Program-made: the position numbers and the translations under genes
In this document: one piece after another, positions 49,066 through 58,336 of the stretch
How positions within the stretch are numbered: position 1 is the stretch's first letter
Layout of the letters: each line of letters opens with the position of its first letter
The notes under the pieces: generated by a model
Databases searched by the model: none
Told to the model about the DNA's origin: nothing
Seen by the model: only the letters and a program-made list of their open reading frames with translations
Assembly (NCBI GenBank): GCA_964347615.1
Contig: CAYFZO010000002.1
Coordinates: 22,261-86,260 of the forward strand
Direction: 5' to 3'
DNA from: an uncultured Chromatiales bacterium
GTDB lineage: Bacteria > Pseudomonadota > Gammaproteobacteria > Poriferisulfidales > Oxydemutatoraceae
DNA: 64,000 nucleotides

Positions 49066-51327
49066 TCAGAACTTCAGACGAAGACCCGCGGTCGCGGTGC
49101 GGTCCTTGTTCGGCCGCGCGCCGTACGGATGACGCGCCACGACGTCGTCCTCGTCGGTGAGGTTCTCGACGCGACCGAAAATCTCGACCTTGTCGGTGAA
49201 CCGATAGTTGGCCGCCAGATCCAGGGTCCAAGTCTCGTCGGTGCGCTCGAACCTGCCGCACGACGCGCGTACGCACACTTCGTCGACGTAGTTGGCGCTC
49301 AGATAAGCCGCCCAATCCGCCTTCTCGATCCCGACCGACGCGCGCATCTGATGCTCCGGGACGTAGGGAATCGGGTCACCCTTGCTCACGTCGCCGAAGA
49401 AGTCGGTGTCGGCAACGTCGGAATCGAACTCAGCGTCCATATAGGTATAGCTCAGCGAAAACGGCGTATTGAAGCCGCGGTCCGGCGTCAAGTCGAGCGT
49501 GAACAACGCCTCGACCCCCTCGACCGTCGCGGCGTCGCCGTTGAACGCGTCGCCCGCCTCGCAGTCGGAACCCGACGACGAAGTGCATTCGCCGAGAATG
49601 TTGTCGTAGTCGCTGACGAAACCGATGACCTCACCGCGCAGGTTGGCGCCCGCGTAGCGGAATCCGAACTCGTAGTTGATCGCGTCCTCCTCGTCCACGC
49701 CGGGCGCGTTGCTCGGCGCGGTGAACCCCTTGTGCACGCCGGCGAGCAAGGTCCACTCGTCGCTCAAACGATAGAGCACGCCCAAGCCCGGCAGCCAAAC
49801 GCTGGTATGGTTCCTGCGGCTGTCCCGAAACACCCGAGCGGCGCCGTCGGAGTAGCGGGTCCGTTTCTGAGAGATATCCTCGTAGCGCACCCCCGGACTG
49901 AACGTCCAGTTGCCCCAATCTATGCTGTCGTAAACGTGTATCGCGACGGCTTCGGCCTCCTGCACGCGATTGCCGGCGTTGCCGAGCTCGCCGAGGTCGT
50001 CGAGCACCAGTTCACCGTTTTCCTGGTGGTAGGTACTGTTGCGTTGCAGCCGGTCCTCTTCGTCCTCGTGGTAGCGTACGCCGACCTCCAAGTCGTGGTG
50101 CATCGCACCGAGCTCGCCTTGCCAGTTGAAACCCAGCTGCACGCCGCGCGAGTAGTACTCACGCGCGTTCGAGCGCAGTTGGATGCTGCCGTCGGCGGTG
50201 TCCATCGTGCCGTCGAGGATGGCCTGCAACTCCGCCGGGGTAAGCCCCTCGTGGTCTTCACCTTTGTTGATCGCCTGGATGATGCTGAACCAGCTGGTGC
50301 GGTCGAAATCCTCGGCGTTCATGCTGCCGTCCGCGTCCAGCCCCTCGGTCTTGAACCAAGTGCGCTCGTGCTCGTTGTCGTAGGCGGTGACCGAAAAGCT
50401 CATCTCGTCGCTCAAGTCGAACTGGTAGCTGAGAATGTACTGATGGTGCTCGGTCTTGATGTTGTCGAGCGAAGACACGCCGTAGCGACGGTAGGAATCG
50501 GCGTCGAAGTCGGCGTCGGTCAGGCCGAGATAACTTTGATCCGAATCCTGGTCGGCGTACTGAAACTTGAAATTGACGCGGTGGCGTTCGTCGGGCGACT
50601 GATACCCCAGCTTGAACGTGTAGTCGTCCACGCTCAATCCGGTGTCAACGCCGCTGCGGTCTACGTGCTGGAAGCCGTCGGAACCCCATTGGTGGGTTTC
50701 GAGCAGGAAACTGAAGCCGTTGTGCAGCCCGCCGCCGTAGTAGCCGTGGGCGCGACGGGTCGCGTCCTCGCCGCCCTCGGCGAGCAGCGTGCCGCCCGAC
50801 TTCTCGGGGATCGGCGTCGAGATCATGTTCAACGCGCCGCCGATGGTGTACGGCCCCTGCGTAATCGCCGCCGGGCCTTTCAACACCTCGAACGCGTACA
50901 TGCGTCCCGGCGTCGGGAAGTAATAAGCCGCCGGCGCGGAATACGGCGCCGGCGCAATCAACACGTTGTCCTCCAACAACGTGATGCGCCCGCTGCGCTC
51001 GGTCGCAACGCCGCGGATACTGATGTTGGGACGCAAGCCGTAACCATCTTCAACCTGAACCGACACGCCGGGCACCTCGCGCACGATGCGCTGGATATCG
51101 GAATAGAAAAACTTCTCCAACTCCTCAGGACCGATGAAATAAGCCGACCCCGGAATCTCCTCGACGCGATGCTGGCTGCCGAGAATGACGATCTTCTCGT
51201 CCAGCTCGGTCCCGGCGACACCGATAACCGGCGCCGCGACACAAGCCAGTAAAACCAACCCGCCGACCGACAACGGCCTGAAACGTCGGTGCGGCCACCG
51301 CTGCGCGGACTCTGCGAACAAGAACAT
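49066..51327 (-). CDS. TonB-dependent outer-membrane receptor
   Basis: Signal peptide, N-terminal plug, 22-strand barrel repeats and a C-terminal aromatic residue (...AGLRLKF). The substrate cannot be assigned from the sequence. Confidence 0.85.
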   Translation of the reverse strand: MFLFAESAQRWPHRRFRPLSVGGLVLLACVAAPVIGVAGTELDEKIVILGSQHRVEEIPGSAYFIGPEELEKFFYSDIQRIVREVPGVSVQVEDGYGLRPNISIRGVATERSGRITLLEDNVLIAPAPYSAPAAYYFPTPGRMYAFEVLKGPAAITQGPYTIGGALNMISTPIPEKSGGTLLAEGGEDATRRAHGYYGGGLHNGFSFLLETHQWGSDGFQHVDRSGVDTGLSVDDYTFKLGYQSPDERHRVNFKFQYADQDSDQSYLGLTDADFDADSYRRYGVSSLDNIKTEHHQYILSYQFDLSDEMSFSVTAYDNEHERTWFKTEGLDADGSMNAEDFDRTSWFSIIQAINKGEDHEGLTPAELQAILDGTMDTADGSIQLRSNAREYYSRGVQLGFNWQGELGAMHHDLEVGVRYHEDEEDRLQRNSTYHQENGELVLDDLGELGNAGNRVQEAEAVAIHVYDSIDWGNWTFSPGVRYEDISQKRTRYSDGAARVFRDSRRNHTSVWLPGLGVLYRLSDEWTLLAGVHKGFTAPSNAPGVDEEDAINYEFGFRYAGANLRGEVIGFVSDYDNILGECTSSSGSDCEAGDAFNGDAATVEGVEALFTLDLTPDRGFNTPFSLSYTYMDAEFDSDVADTDFFGDVSKGDPIPYVPEHQMRASVGIEKADWAAYLSANYVDEVCVRASCGRFERTDETWTLDLAANYRFTDKVEIFGRVENLTDEDDVVARHPYGARPNKDRTATAGLRLKF

Positions 51328-51379
51328 GGGCTTTTCTCCTTTAATAAATGAGTGTTCGCGCTAGCCTACACAAATGCGA

Positions 51380-51410
51380 TAGGTAATGCAAATCATTATT
51401 ATTTATATTA
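51380..51410 (-). promoter_or_regulatory. candidate Fur box in the AT-rich promoter of the TonB-dependent receptor
   Basis: Minus-strand sequence ATAATAATGATTTGCATTACC matches the 19-bp Fur consensus GATAATGATAATCATTATC at about 14/19 positions. It lies 55-85 nt upstream of the receptor start in a 488-nt AT-rich intergenic region. Confidence 0.35.
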
Positions 51411-51815
51411 TAGAGAAAACCCGCGCCAATCGGCGCCTGCCGAACACAACCTCTTGAAATTACAAGGAAATCAGGGAGATGACCGGGAGCTTATGAAAGC
51501 GTAAAACCGCGGCGCGAAACCGGGCAGCCCCGACGGACAAGGGAACTATATTAAAGAAGAGTTGACGAGCAACCCTCAGATCAATCCGACGCTTCATCAC
51601 CCGACCAACATCGCCAGCTCCATGTCCAGCTGCCTCGTTCCTGGAGGCCGACCCGCCAGATACGGGCAGGCGTCATCAATCTGCCTCATTATTATTGAGG
51701 CGAGAGGCAGGCGCAGCCCGTCTTGTCAACTGATGTATAGAAGTCCCACGGATAACCCCGCCAAGCAAGCTCGGGAAAGCTGACGAAAAGCCCGCCGCCC
51801 AACGAGGCGCGTCCG

Positions 51816-53681
51816 TCACGAATCGCCGCGGGACGCCGCCGCTTCCCGGACCAAGGCCTCGACCTCGCCGCTGCGTCTGGTGTCGGCGGCCTGCTCGATC
51901 TTGTCGAGCAACGCCTCCAACGCCGACCACTGCGGCGGCGCGTTCTGCAGCCACAGGATTTTCGGATGGCCGGTCTCCAGGACGTTGCTGCCGGTCAGCA
52001 ACTCCTCGTTCAACTTCTCGCCGGGCCTGAGCCCGGTGTAGTGAATCTCGACGTCGCCCATCGGGCGGTCTTCGCTTTTGACGCTCAACCCGCTGAGGTG
52101 GATCATCTTGCGCGCGAGCTCGCCGATGTTGACCGGCTCGCCCATGTCGAGCACGAAAATCTCCCCGCCTTTCGCCATCGCCCCCGCCTGTATGACCAGC
52201 TCGACCGCTTCGTTGACCGTCATGAAGTAGCGCGTCGCGGCAGGGTCGGTGACGGTCAACGCCTTGCGTTCGGCGATTTGCTGGCGAAACAAAGGCACGA
52301 CCGACCCCGACGAGTCGAGCACGTTGCCGAAACGCACGACGCTGAAGCGGGTCTTCCCCGCCCCCGACGAAGCCAAGCCTTGCAGGATCATCTCGGCGAG
52401 CCGCTTGCTCGCCCCCATCACGCTGGTCGGACGCACCGCCTTGTCGGTCGAGATCAGAACGAACGTCGCGACCCCGGCCTTGACCGCGGCCTCGGCGACG
52501 ACGCGCGTGCCGAGCGCGTTGTTGCGTACGCCCTCGACGACGTTGCCCTCAACGATCGGCACGTGCTTGTAGGCCGCGGCGTGATAGAGCGTCTCGATCG
52601 AACCTTCGCGCAACACCGCCTCGATCAGGTTACGGTCGAGCACCGAACCCAGCACCGCCGTCAACGAATCCCCGCCGCCGTGCTCGCGCAGACGCCGCTC
52701 GATCTCGTACAGGGCGCTCTCCGACTGCTCCAGGACGACCAGCCGACGCGGGCCCAAATCAAGCACCTGGCGGCACAGCTCCGAACCGATCGAACCGCCG
52801 GCGCCGGTCACCAATACGTTGCGTCCCTTGACGTCGGCCTCGAGCGACGCACGTTGCGGCGGCACCGGGTCGCGCCCGAGCAAGTCCTCGGCGTCCACCT
52901 GCCGGAAGTCGGCGAAGTCCACCTTGCCCTGAGCCAGCTCCGACACCAGCGGCATCAGACGCACCCGCACCGAATACGGCTCGAGCTTGTTCACCAAGCG
53001 ACTGCGTTCCTCGTGCGAACGCGCCGGGATCGCAATCAACACTTCCTTGACGCCGTAGCGGTCGCGAATCTTTTCGAAGCCCTCCAGCGGATGCACGCGC
53101 AAGCCCGCGACGTGGCTTCCCTGCAGACTCGGCGCGTCGTCGAGAAACGCGACCGGCGACACTTCGGCGCTGTGCTGCAACGCGGTCGCCAACTGCACCC
53201 CGGAAGAACCCGCACCGTAAATCACGATGCGCTCGCCGGCGGTGTGCCGCAAAAGCCAGCTCGCGACAAGACGTCCGACGCCGACCAGGGCTAACACCAG
53301 CAACCCATAAATGAACACGACTGAACGCGGCAAGTCGGGAAACCGCAACAGCAAGGCAACCGATACCCACGCGAGCACCGCAACGATCACCCCTTTCGCT
53401 ACCATCCACAGAACCTGAAACCCGACGTGGCGCACCACCACCCGATACAAACCGAGATACGCGAAAAACGGCAAGGCCAACACCGGCGCCGCGACGAACA
53501 ACGGCCACCACTTGCCGGTCACCGCAACCGGTTCGCCGAGACGTAGCCAGAAAGCGAGCCACAACGACAACGGCACGACCACCAGGTCGAACACGACGGC
53601 GAGGAACACTTTCCATCCGCCCGGCAACTCGAGCAGCCACTCGACCGCCGCCGCCGCGGCATTCCTGACAAGCTTGGCCAT
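51816..53681 (-). CDS. wbpM: membrane-anchored nucleoside-diphosphate-sugar 4,6-dehydratase/epimerase (WbpM/PglF/CapD family)
   Basis: N-terminal TM helices plus a C-terminal Polysacc_synt_2 domain with the NAD-binding motif VLVTGAGGSIGSELCRQ. The start is likely MAKLVRNAAA at about 53681. Confidence 0.85.
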   Translation of the reverse strand: MAKLVRNAAAAAVEWLLELPGGWKVFLAVVFDLVVVPLSLWLAFWLRLGEPVAVTGKWWPLFVAAPVLALPFFAYLGLYRVVVRHVGFQVLWMVAKGVIVAVLAWVSVALLLRFPDLPRSVVFIYGLLVLALVGVGRLVASWLLRHTAGERIVIYGAGSSGVQLATALQHSAEVSPVAFLDDAPSLQGSHVAGLRVHPLEGFEKIRDRYGVKEVLIAIPARSHEERSRLVNKLEPYSVRVRLMPLVSELAQGKVDFADFRQVDAEDLLGRDPVPPQRASLEADVKGRNVLVTGAGGSIGSELCRQVLDLGPRRLVVLEQSESALYEIERRLREHGGGDSLTAVLGSVLDRNLIEAVLREGSIETLYHAAAYKHVPIVEGNVVEGVRNNALGTRVVAEAAVKAGVATFVLISTDKAVRPTSVMGASKRLAEMILQGLASSGAGKTRFSVVRFGNVLDSSGSVVPLFRQQIAERKALTVTDPAATRYFMTVNEAVELVIQAGAMAKGGEIFVLDMGEPVNIGELARKMIHLSGLSVKSEDRPMGDVEIHYTGLRPGEKLNEELLTGSNVLETGHPKILWLQNAPPQWSALEALLDKIEQAADTRRSGEVEALVREAAASRGDS

Positions 53682-53685
53682 CACG

Positions 53686-54759
53686 TTACGAAGAGGCGGT
53701 GTGGCGCGCGGTGAACAACACCGACGCCACCAACGGCGCGAGCGCGACGCCCGCCAACGCCGCACTCCATACGGGCCACAACGCCGCGGCGACCGCCAGC
53801 GGCGTCAGCCAGAACAAGTTGATCGCCCCAATCGCCAGCGAGACGGTGCGGTGCGCGTTCGCCCGCGCCTGCTCGGGCGACAACATCACCCCCTCGGCCT
53901 TTTGCAAACTGCGCGACAACCTTTGATACGCATGTCGGCGATGCGCGTGCGACAAACGCTCGCGGGCGACGACGCGCAACACCAGGGTCACGGTCGAATC
54001 GGTGAAGAACACGCCGAACAGGATCAGCCAGCACCACACGTTGACCCCGACCATCTCGCCCGGCCCCGAGGTCACCAACGCGAACTGCGCCAGCAGGAAA
54101 CCCAGAAACCCGCTCGCCGCGTCGCCCATGAAAATCTTCGCCGGCGGCCAGTTCCAAAGCAGGAAACCCGCGACCGCCGCCGCCAGCAACCACAAGTAAG
54201 GCGCCAACACGTGGCCCGGGGCCGCGACCGCAAGCAAGATCCACGCGCCGATCGCCATCGTCACCGCCTCGACCGCCGCGATGCCGTCTATGCCGTCCAT
54301 GAAATTGAAAAAGTTAAGGCACCACACCATCGCAATCGCCGCCAGCGGCCAACCCAACCAAGCCAAGTCAATCATCCACGGCCCCAGCGGAACGTCGGGC
54401 ACGCCGAAATACACGACGCAGACGAACGCCGCCGCGAAATGCGCCGCAATCCGAAACGACGGCGATAACGAACGACGGTCGTCAAGCCAGCCGACAACCG
54501 CGACCACCAAAGCGGTCAACCCGATCACCGAAGCGTCGAGCGCCTCCATCGCGGTCGGCATCGACCATACCGACAACGCCGCCGCGACGACAAAAAACAC
54601 GATGATGATCGCCACGCCGCCTCCGCGAGGCGTCGGCTTGAGGTGCGAACTGCGGGCGTTCGGGACGTCAAGCACCCGATGCTTCAGCGCGTAATCGCGG
54701 GCGACGCCGACGCCGAACACCGACAACAGGAACGAAACGACGGCAAGTATGAAAAGCAT
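53686..54759 (-). CDS. wbpL: glycosyltransferase family 4 (WecA/WbpL/MraY-like) undecaprenyl-phosphate sugar-1-phosphate transferase
   Basis: Polytopic membrane protein with the conserved NFMDGIDG motif. The order wbpL-wbpM matches the end of Pseudomonas O-antigen clusters. Confidence 0.8.
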   Translation of the reverse strand: MLFILAVVSFLLSVFGVGVARDYALKHRVLDVPNARSSHLKPTPRGGGVAIIIVFFVVAAALSVWSMPTAMEALDASVIGLTALVVAVVGWLDDRRSLSPSFRIAAHFAAAFVCVVYFGVPDVPLGPWMIDLAWLGWPLAAIAMVWCLNFFNFMDGIDGIAAVEAVTMAIGAWILLAVAAPGHVLAPYLWLLAAAVAGFLLWNWPPAKIFMGDAASGFLGFLLAQFALVTSGPGEMVGVNVWCWLILFGVFFTDSTVTLVLRVVARERLSHAHRRHAYQRLSRSLQKAEGVMLSPEQARANAHRTVSLAIGAINLFWLTPLAVAAALWPVWSAALAGVALAPLVASVLFTARHTASS

Positions 54760-54867
54760 GATGAGGGCGAATGAAGCGTGTTCCTTATGAATAACCGGCG
54801 CCGGCTGCCGGGGAGCGGAGAATCAAGCTCGAAGCGCAACCCGGCCGACACATTATATTAAAGGCTC

Positions 54868-55626
54868 TCACGCATCTTCGGAAACCGAGCGTTTGCGGCG
54901 GCGATCCGGCAGAAACTCCTCGTATATTTCCGGGTCCGGGTCCAACTCGACCACCTTGCCGTCGATCCAAGTCACCACCTTGGTTTCGGTCAGATAGGCG
55001 ATAAAGTGGGCACGTCTGTAAGCGCGACGGAGCGCCGCCAAGACACGCTCCTGATCCAAACCTTCCGGCTCGTCCTGTTTTTGTTCGGACACTTTTTTCA
55101 CTGCTGCTTCGTTTTTCCCTCTCTCCAGCACGGTCGGCGCTCGCCCGGCGTTGTCATACAGAGTCCAATCGTCAACGCAACGGCGATAGATTGCCTTGAA
55201 GTTTCCCAAGCCGCTTGCGAAACGGTGACGTATCACTTCTCCGGGAACGTCGTGCCCGCCTTGCCGCACCCTGAATTCTACCCGCCGGATCGCCTCTTCG
55301 GGAGCCGGAAGCAACAGGAATATCAGACTGACGCGGTATCCGTTCTCGCGCCATCCGTGAATCCGACGGATATAACCCCGCCCCGACAACGTCGTCTCAA
55401 ACGCGAAGTTCCTGCCGGCGCGGGCGTGACCGTCAATATCCTGCAACAGCAACCGCCCGGCGCGGAAACCCGAAGCACCCGACTGGAACGGAGACAAGCC
55501 CGCCGAAATCAAGTCCGCATTGACAAAGATCAAGCAATCCTTTTCGCGAGGCAGATACTCCCGGGCGAAAGTCGTCTTGCCGGCGCCGTTCGGCCCGGCG
55601 ATGATGATGATTTTCTTGGTTGGCAT
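54868..55626 (-). CDS. zeta-toxin/AAA_33-like P-loop kinase with ~70-aa C-terminal extension
   Basis: Walker A IIIAGPNGAGKTT near the N-terminus, plus a zeta-toxin-like core (ETTLS...). I set the start at ATG 55624-55626 (MPTKKIIII). No epsilon-like antitoxin ORF is recognisable upstream. Confidence 0.6.
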   Translation of the reverse strand: MPTKKIIIIAGPNGAGKTTFAREYLPREKDCLIFVNADLISAGLSPFQSGASGFRAGRLLLQDIDGHARAGRNFAFETTLSGRGYIRRIHGWRENGYRVSLIFLLLPAPEEAIRRVEFRVRQGGHDVPGEVIRHRFASGLGNFKAIYRRCVDDWTLYDNAGRAPTVLERGKNEAAVKKVSEQKQDEPEGLDQERVLAALRRAYRRAHFIAYLTETKVVTWIDGKVVELDPDPEIYEEFLPDRRRKRSVSEDA

Positions 55627-56006
55627 CGCGACCTCTCTGCAACGCCCTCGACAGCCGGCAAACCGCGCTTGAACCTGCACGGGCGGGCGATTTTATCACC
55701 CTGCTTGGCAGTAACCTGCCGTCGCGTACGCCAAGTGAGCAAGACAACGCTCGCAAAGGACGTTGTTAAGGGCATGGGTGCGATGCCGACGTCTCGCCGC
55801 GCCTAGCCGACTACGAGTTCTCCCACAACTACCAACACCCGCACCGGGTGCTGGCTTCGAGCATTCCAATGGAGTATCTTGAGCACCTCGGAATAGCTGT
55901 TTGAAAGAGAGGCCTTTTGTCTCATAATGTCCTGAACCCATACATTGACGTAGAGCACGTACTCTCATACATTATCCTGTTCTCGTATTTCCCTCAGGAT
56001 GGGTCT

Positions 56007-56552
56007 ATGAAGAAAATAAGCATCAAAGAGACGACATTCGAACGTCTCCGCCGCCACGCAAAGCCGCTAGAGGACACCTCGGACACCGTTATCAACCGGG
56101 CACTGGACGCGTTGGAGATGCGAGATGGAAACGCAGCACCCCCAGAGAGAGCAGACGATGAACGAAGAATAGACCCAAGCATGCTCCCAGACTTGAGATA
56201 CACCAAGATCATCGATGCATCCGTTGACGGAAGCGATATAGCACGACCAGAATGGATTCGCTTGTTCGGCCGCATCGTCATCCTTGCCACGAAAAAGCTC
56301 CCTGATCTTGAGAAAGTTAAGCAGCTATGTTCTGTGAAAATGGTCGAGGGATGGAAAAAGGATAAGGGCTATCATTATCTGGAAGAAATCGATAAATCAG
56401 TCCAGGGAAAGAGCGCGAACGCTACCTGCCAGTCAGTGGTAACAGCGGCGCAGGAACTCGGCATCTCCATTAACATCGGACTCCAGTGGAGGCGCAACAA
56501 AAAAGCGCCGCACCCTGGAGAACGAGCACGTTTGGTCATATCCGAATCTTAG
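56007..56552 (+). CDS. hypothetical protein with N-terminal ribbon-helix-helix-like DNA-binding domain fused to a ~130-aa unknown C-terminal domain
   Basis: I set the start at ATG 56007 (MKKISIKETTFERLRRHAKPLEDTSDTVINRALDALE has a beta-alpha-alpha pattern typical of Arc/MetJ/CopG RHH). GC is about 50% versus about 65% for the core. Confidence 0.45.
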   Translation: MKKISIKETTFERLRRHAKPLEDTSDTVINRALDALEMRDGNAAPPERADDERRIDPSMLPDLRYTKIIDASVDGSDIARPEWIRLFGRIVILATKKLPDLEKVKQLCSVKMVEGWKKDKGYHYLEEIDKSVQGKSANATCQSVVTAAQELGISINIGLQWRRNKKAPHPGERARLVISES

Positions 56553-56837
56553 CAGTCCGGCAACCGGACCAGGGCTGTGTGAAGCAAGGCTGGGAAAAAT
56601 ACGCGAGCCGATAATAAAACACCGAAAGAAGATGGAAAAGGCACGTTGATTCCGGATTATGAAACAGAAATCGATTACCTGAACTGCGAATCAATATCTC
56701 GAAACGCCCAGTGAGTATACTGTCTCATTAGAGGCCGCTTGATTCCCCGATGTCATAATGTACTGAGCCAGCCGCGCGGCAACTTGCTTGGTTGTTGAAC
56801 TTCAGCTATCGTTGTCACCGGGAACCTTGGAGGCCCA

Positions 56838-57098
56838 ATGATGAGCAAAGAAGACTTACGCGACTCCCGTTTTTCACAGGACCGGACACGCCCCAGTGAG
56901 GCTGAAGTTATCCAGCTTCTCCAAGAAGCGGCACGACAGTACGAGGAGTACATGCGTCTTGCAGATCTGGCTGACATATCCGCGGAAGATGAAATCATCT
57001 ATCCAAGATACGCATGGGACAATCCTATAGGACTTATAGTGGAGAGGCCGTCGAATGCCGGGTTGAGTTGGTCTTCAGAACGGATTGAAGCGCATTGA
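56838..57098 (+). CDS. small hypothetical protein (86 aa)
   Basis: ORF in the low-GC island, convergent with the AAA+ ATPase gene. It has no recognisable motifs, and I cannot confirm it is coding. Confidence 0.25.
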   Translation: MMSKEDLRDSRFSQDRTRPSEAEVIQLLQEAARQYEEYMRLADLADISAEDEIIYPRYAWDNPIGLIVERPSNAGLSWSSERIEAH

Positions 57099-57213
57099 GC
57101 CAGCCAAGAGAAGCCATCACGTATTCCTTAGCAAGGCGAAATTCCGCAATATCAGGAGAAGCTTCTATAAATCTTGTTCAACTGAACTCGGTGAACTCGC
57201 CCGGCACAATCCT

Positions 57214-58179
57214 TTACTTCTCCTCCTTTCCATAAGCCAGACGTCGTTCATGCAGCATTTTTTTAAGGCGGGTTGCCGTTACCGTCGTCTTGTCGGATAA
57301 GATCGAGTCTTTAATAGCATCGTTGCACGCTTGCGCAATTTCAGAGTGGCTGAGGCCTTCGGATTCTTTCACCACAATTTTCAAAGAAAAACCTTTATTA
57401 ATAAACTGTGCAAGGCGATTTTCTACGAGGCGCTTGATTTCATTTTCGTCGGGAAGGTGGTAGTAAAGCACGTCGTCAAAGCGGCGAAAAAGCGCTCTGT
57501 CCAAAATCTCAGGATTGTTGGTGGCTGCCACAATCAAACTGAGTGAATCATCTTGCTCGATAAACTGTAGGAACGAGTTAAGGACCCGCCGCATTTCACC
57601 CACGTCATCACTTCGCCCCCGTTCACCTCCGATTGCATCGAACTCATCGAATAGATATACCCCGCGTTGATCTTTGATTACGTCGAAGATTTGCCGAAGC
57701 TTGGCACTAGTCTCACCCATGAATTTGGTTACCAGCTTATCCATGAGGATCGTATGAAGCGGCAGATGCAGCTCACCCGCCAGAGCGGCTGCTGTCATCG
57801 TCTTGCCGGTACCCGGGGGGCCTGCCAACAAAAGTTTGCGGCGGTTGTTCAGACCATATTTCTTTATTTTTCCCTGCTGGCGATACTCCTGCAGGATACG
57901 GCTGATGCGATCTCGCATACCGTCGGAAACAATTAGATCCTTAAGCCGCTCCCGAGGTTCAGTGGAAATTACTAAGTCACTTAATTCTCGCTTAAAGGGG
58001 ACGATTTGAACCTGAGTCAATTTAGCCTTATCTATGATGGCGCGTATTTCACGCGCGAGCGAACCGTGCCCCTGATTTGCTTCATGAGCCGCCAACTGCA
58101 AGGCAACGGTAACGAACCGCTCGCGCTCGTCCCCGAAATGAGAACGTATAAGTGACTTTAGTTGATCAGCTGTGGCCAT
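57214..58179 (-). CDS. SpoVK/CbbX-like AAA+ ATPase (classic-clade AAA, PF00004-like) with ~110-aa N-terminal domain
   Basis: Walker A LLAGPPGTGKTMTA, Walker B VYLFDEFDAI, the second region of homology ATNNPEILDRALFRRF and the FMGETSAKLRQIF motif. Lies 157 nt downstream of hsdR on the same strand. Confidence 0.8.
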   Translation of the reverse strand: MATADQLKSLIRSHFGDERERFVTVALQLAAHEANQGHGSLAREIRAIIDKAKLTQVQIVPFKRELSDLVISTEPRERLKDLIVSDGMRDRISRILQEYRQQGKIKKYGLNNRRKLLLAGPPGTGKTMTAAALAGELHLPLHTILMDKLVTKFMGETSAKLRQIFDVIKDQRGVYLFDEFDAIGGERGRSDDVGEMRRVLNSFLQFIEQDDSLSLIVAATNNPEILDRALFRRFDDVLYYHLPDENEIKRLVENRLAQFINKGFSLKIVVKESEGLSHSEIAQACNDAIKDSILSDKTTVTATRLKKMLHERRLAYGKEEK

Positions 58180-58336
58180 GGCCGCTCACCGAGCCGGATT
58201 CTCGCACTTTATAGCCCACCGATTGCAAACCCAATCTCAAAAAGCGCGGCAAGCAAGGCCAAAGCCGCGTGGACAAGTGCCTCAAGTGCCTAAGTAATAC
58301 TCGGCGACAAGAAATCAGCCGCCCGGCGTCAGCCGG

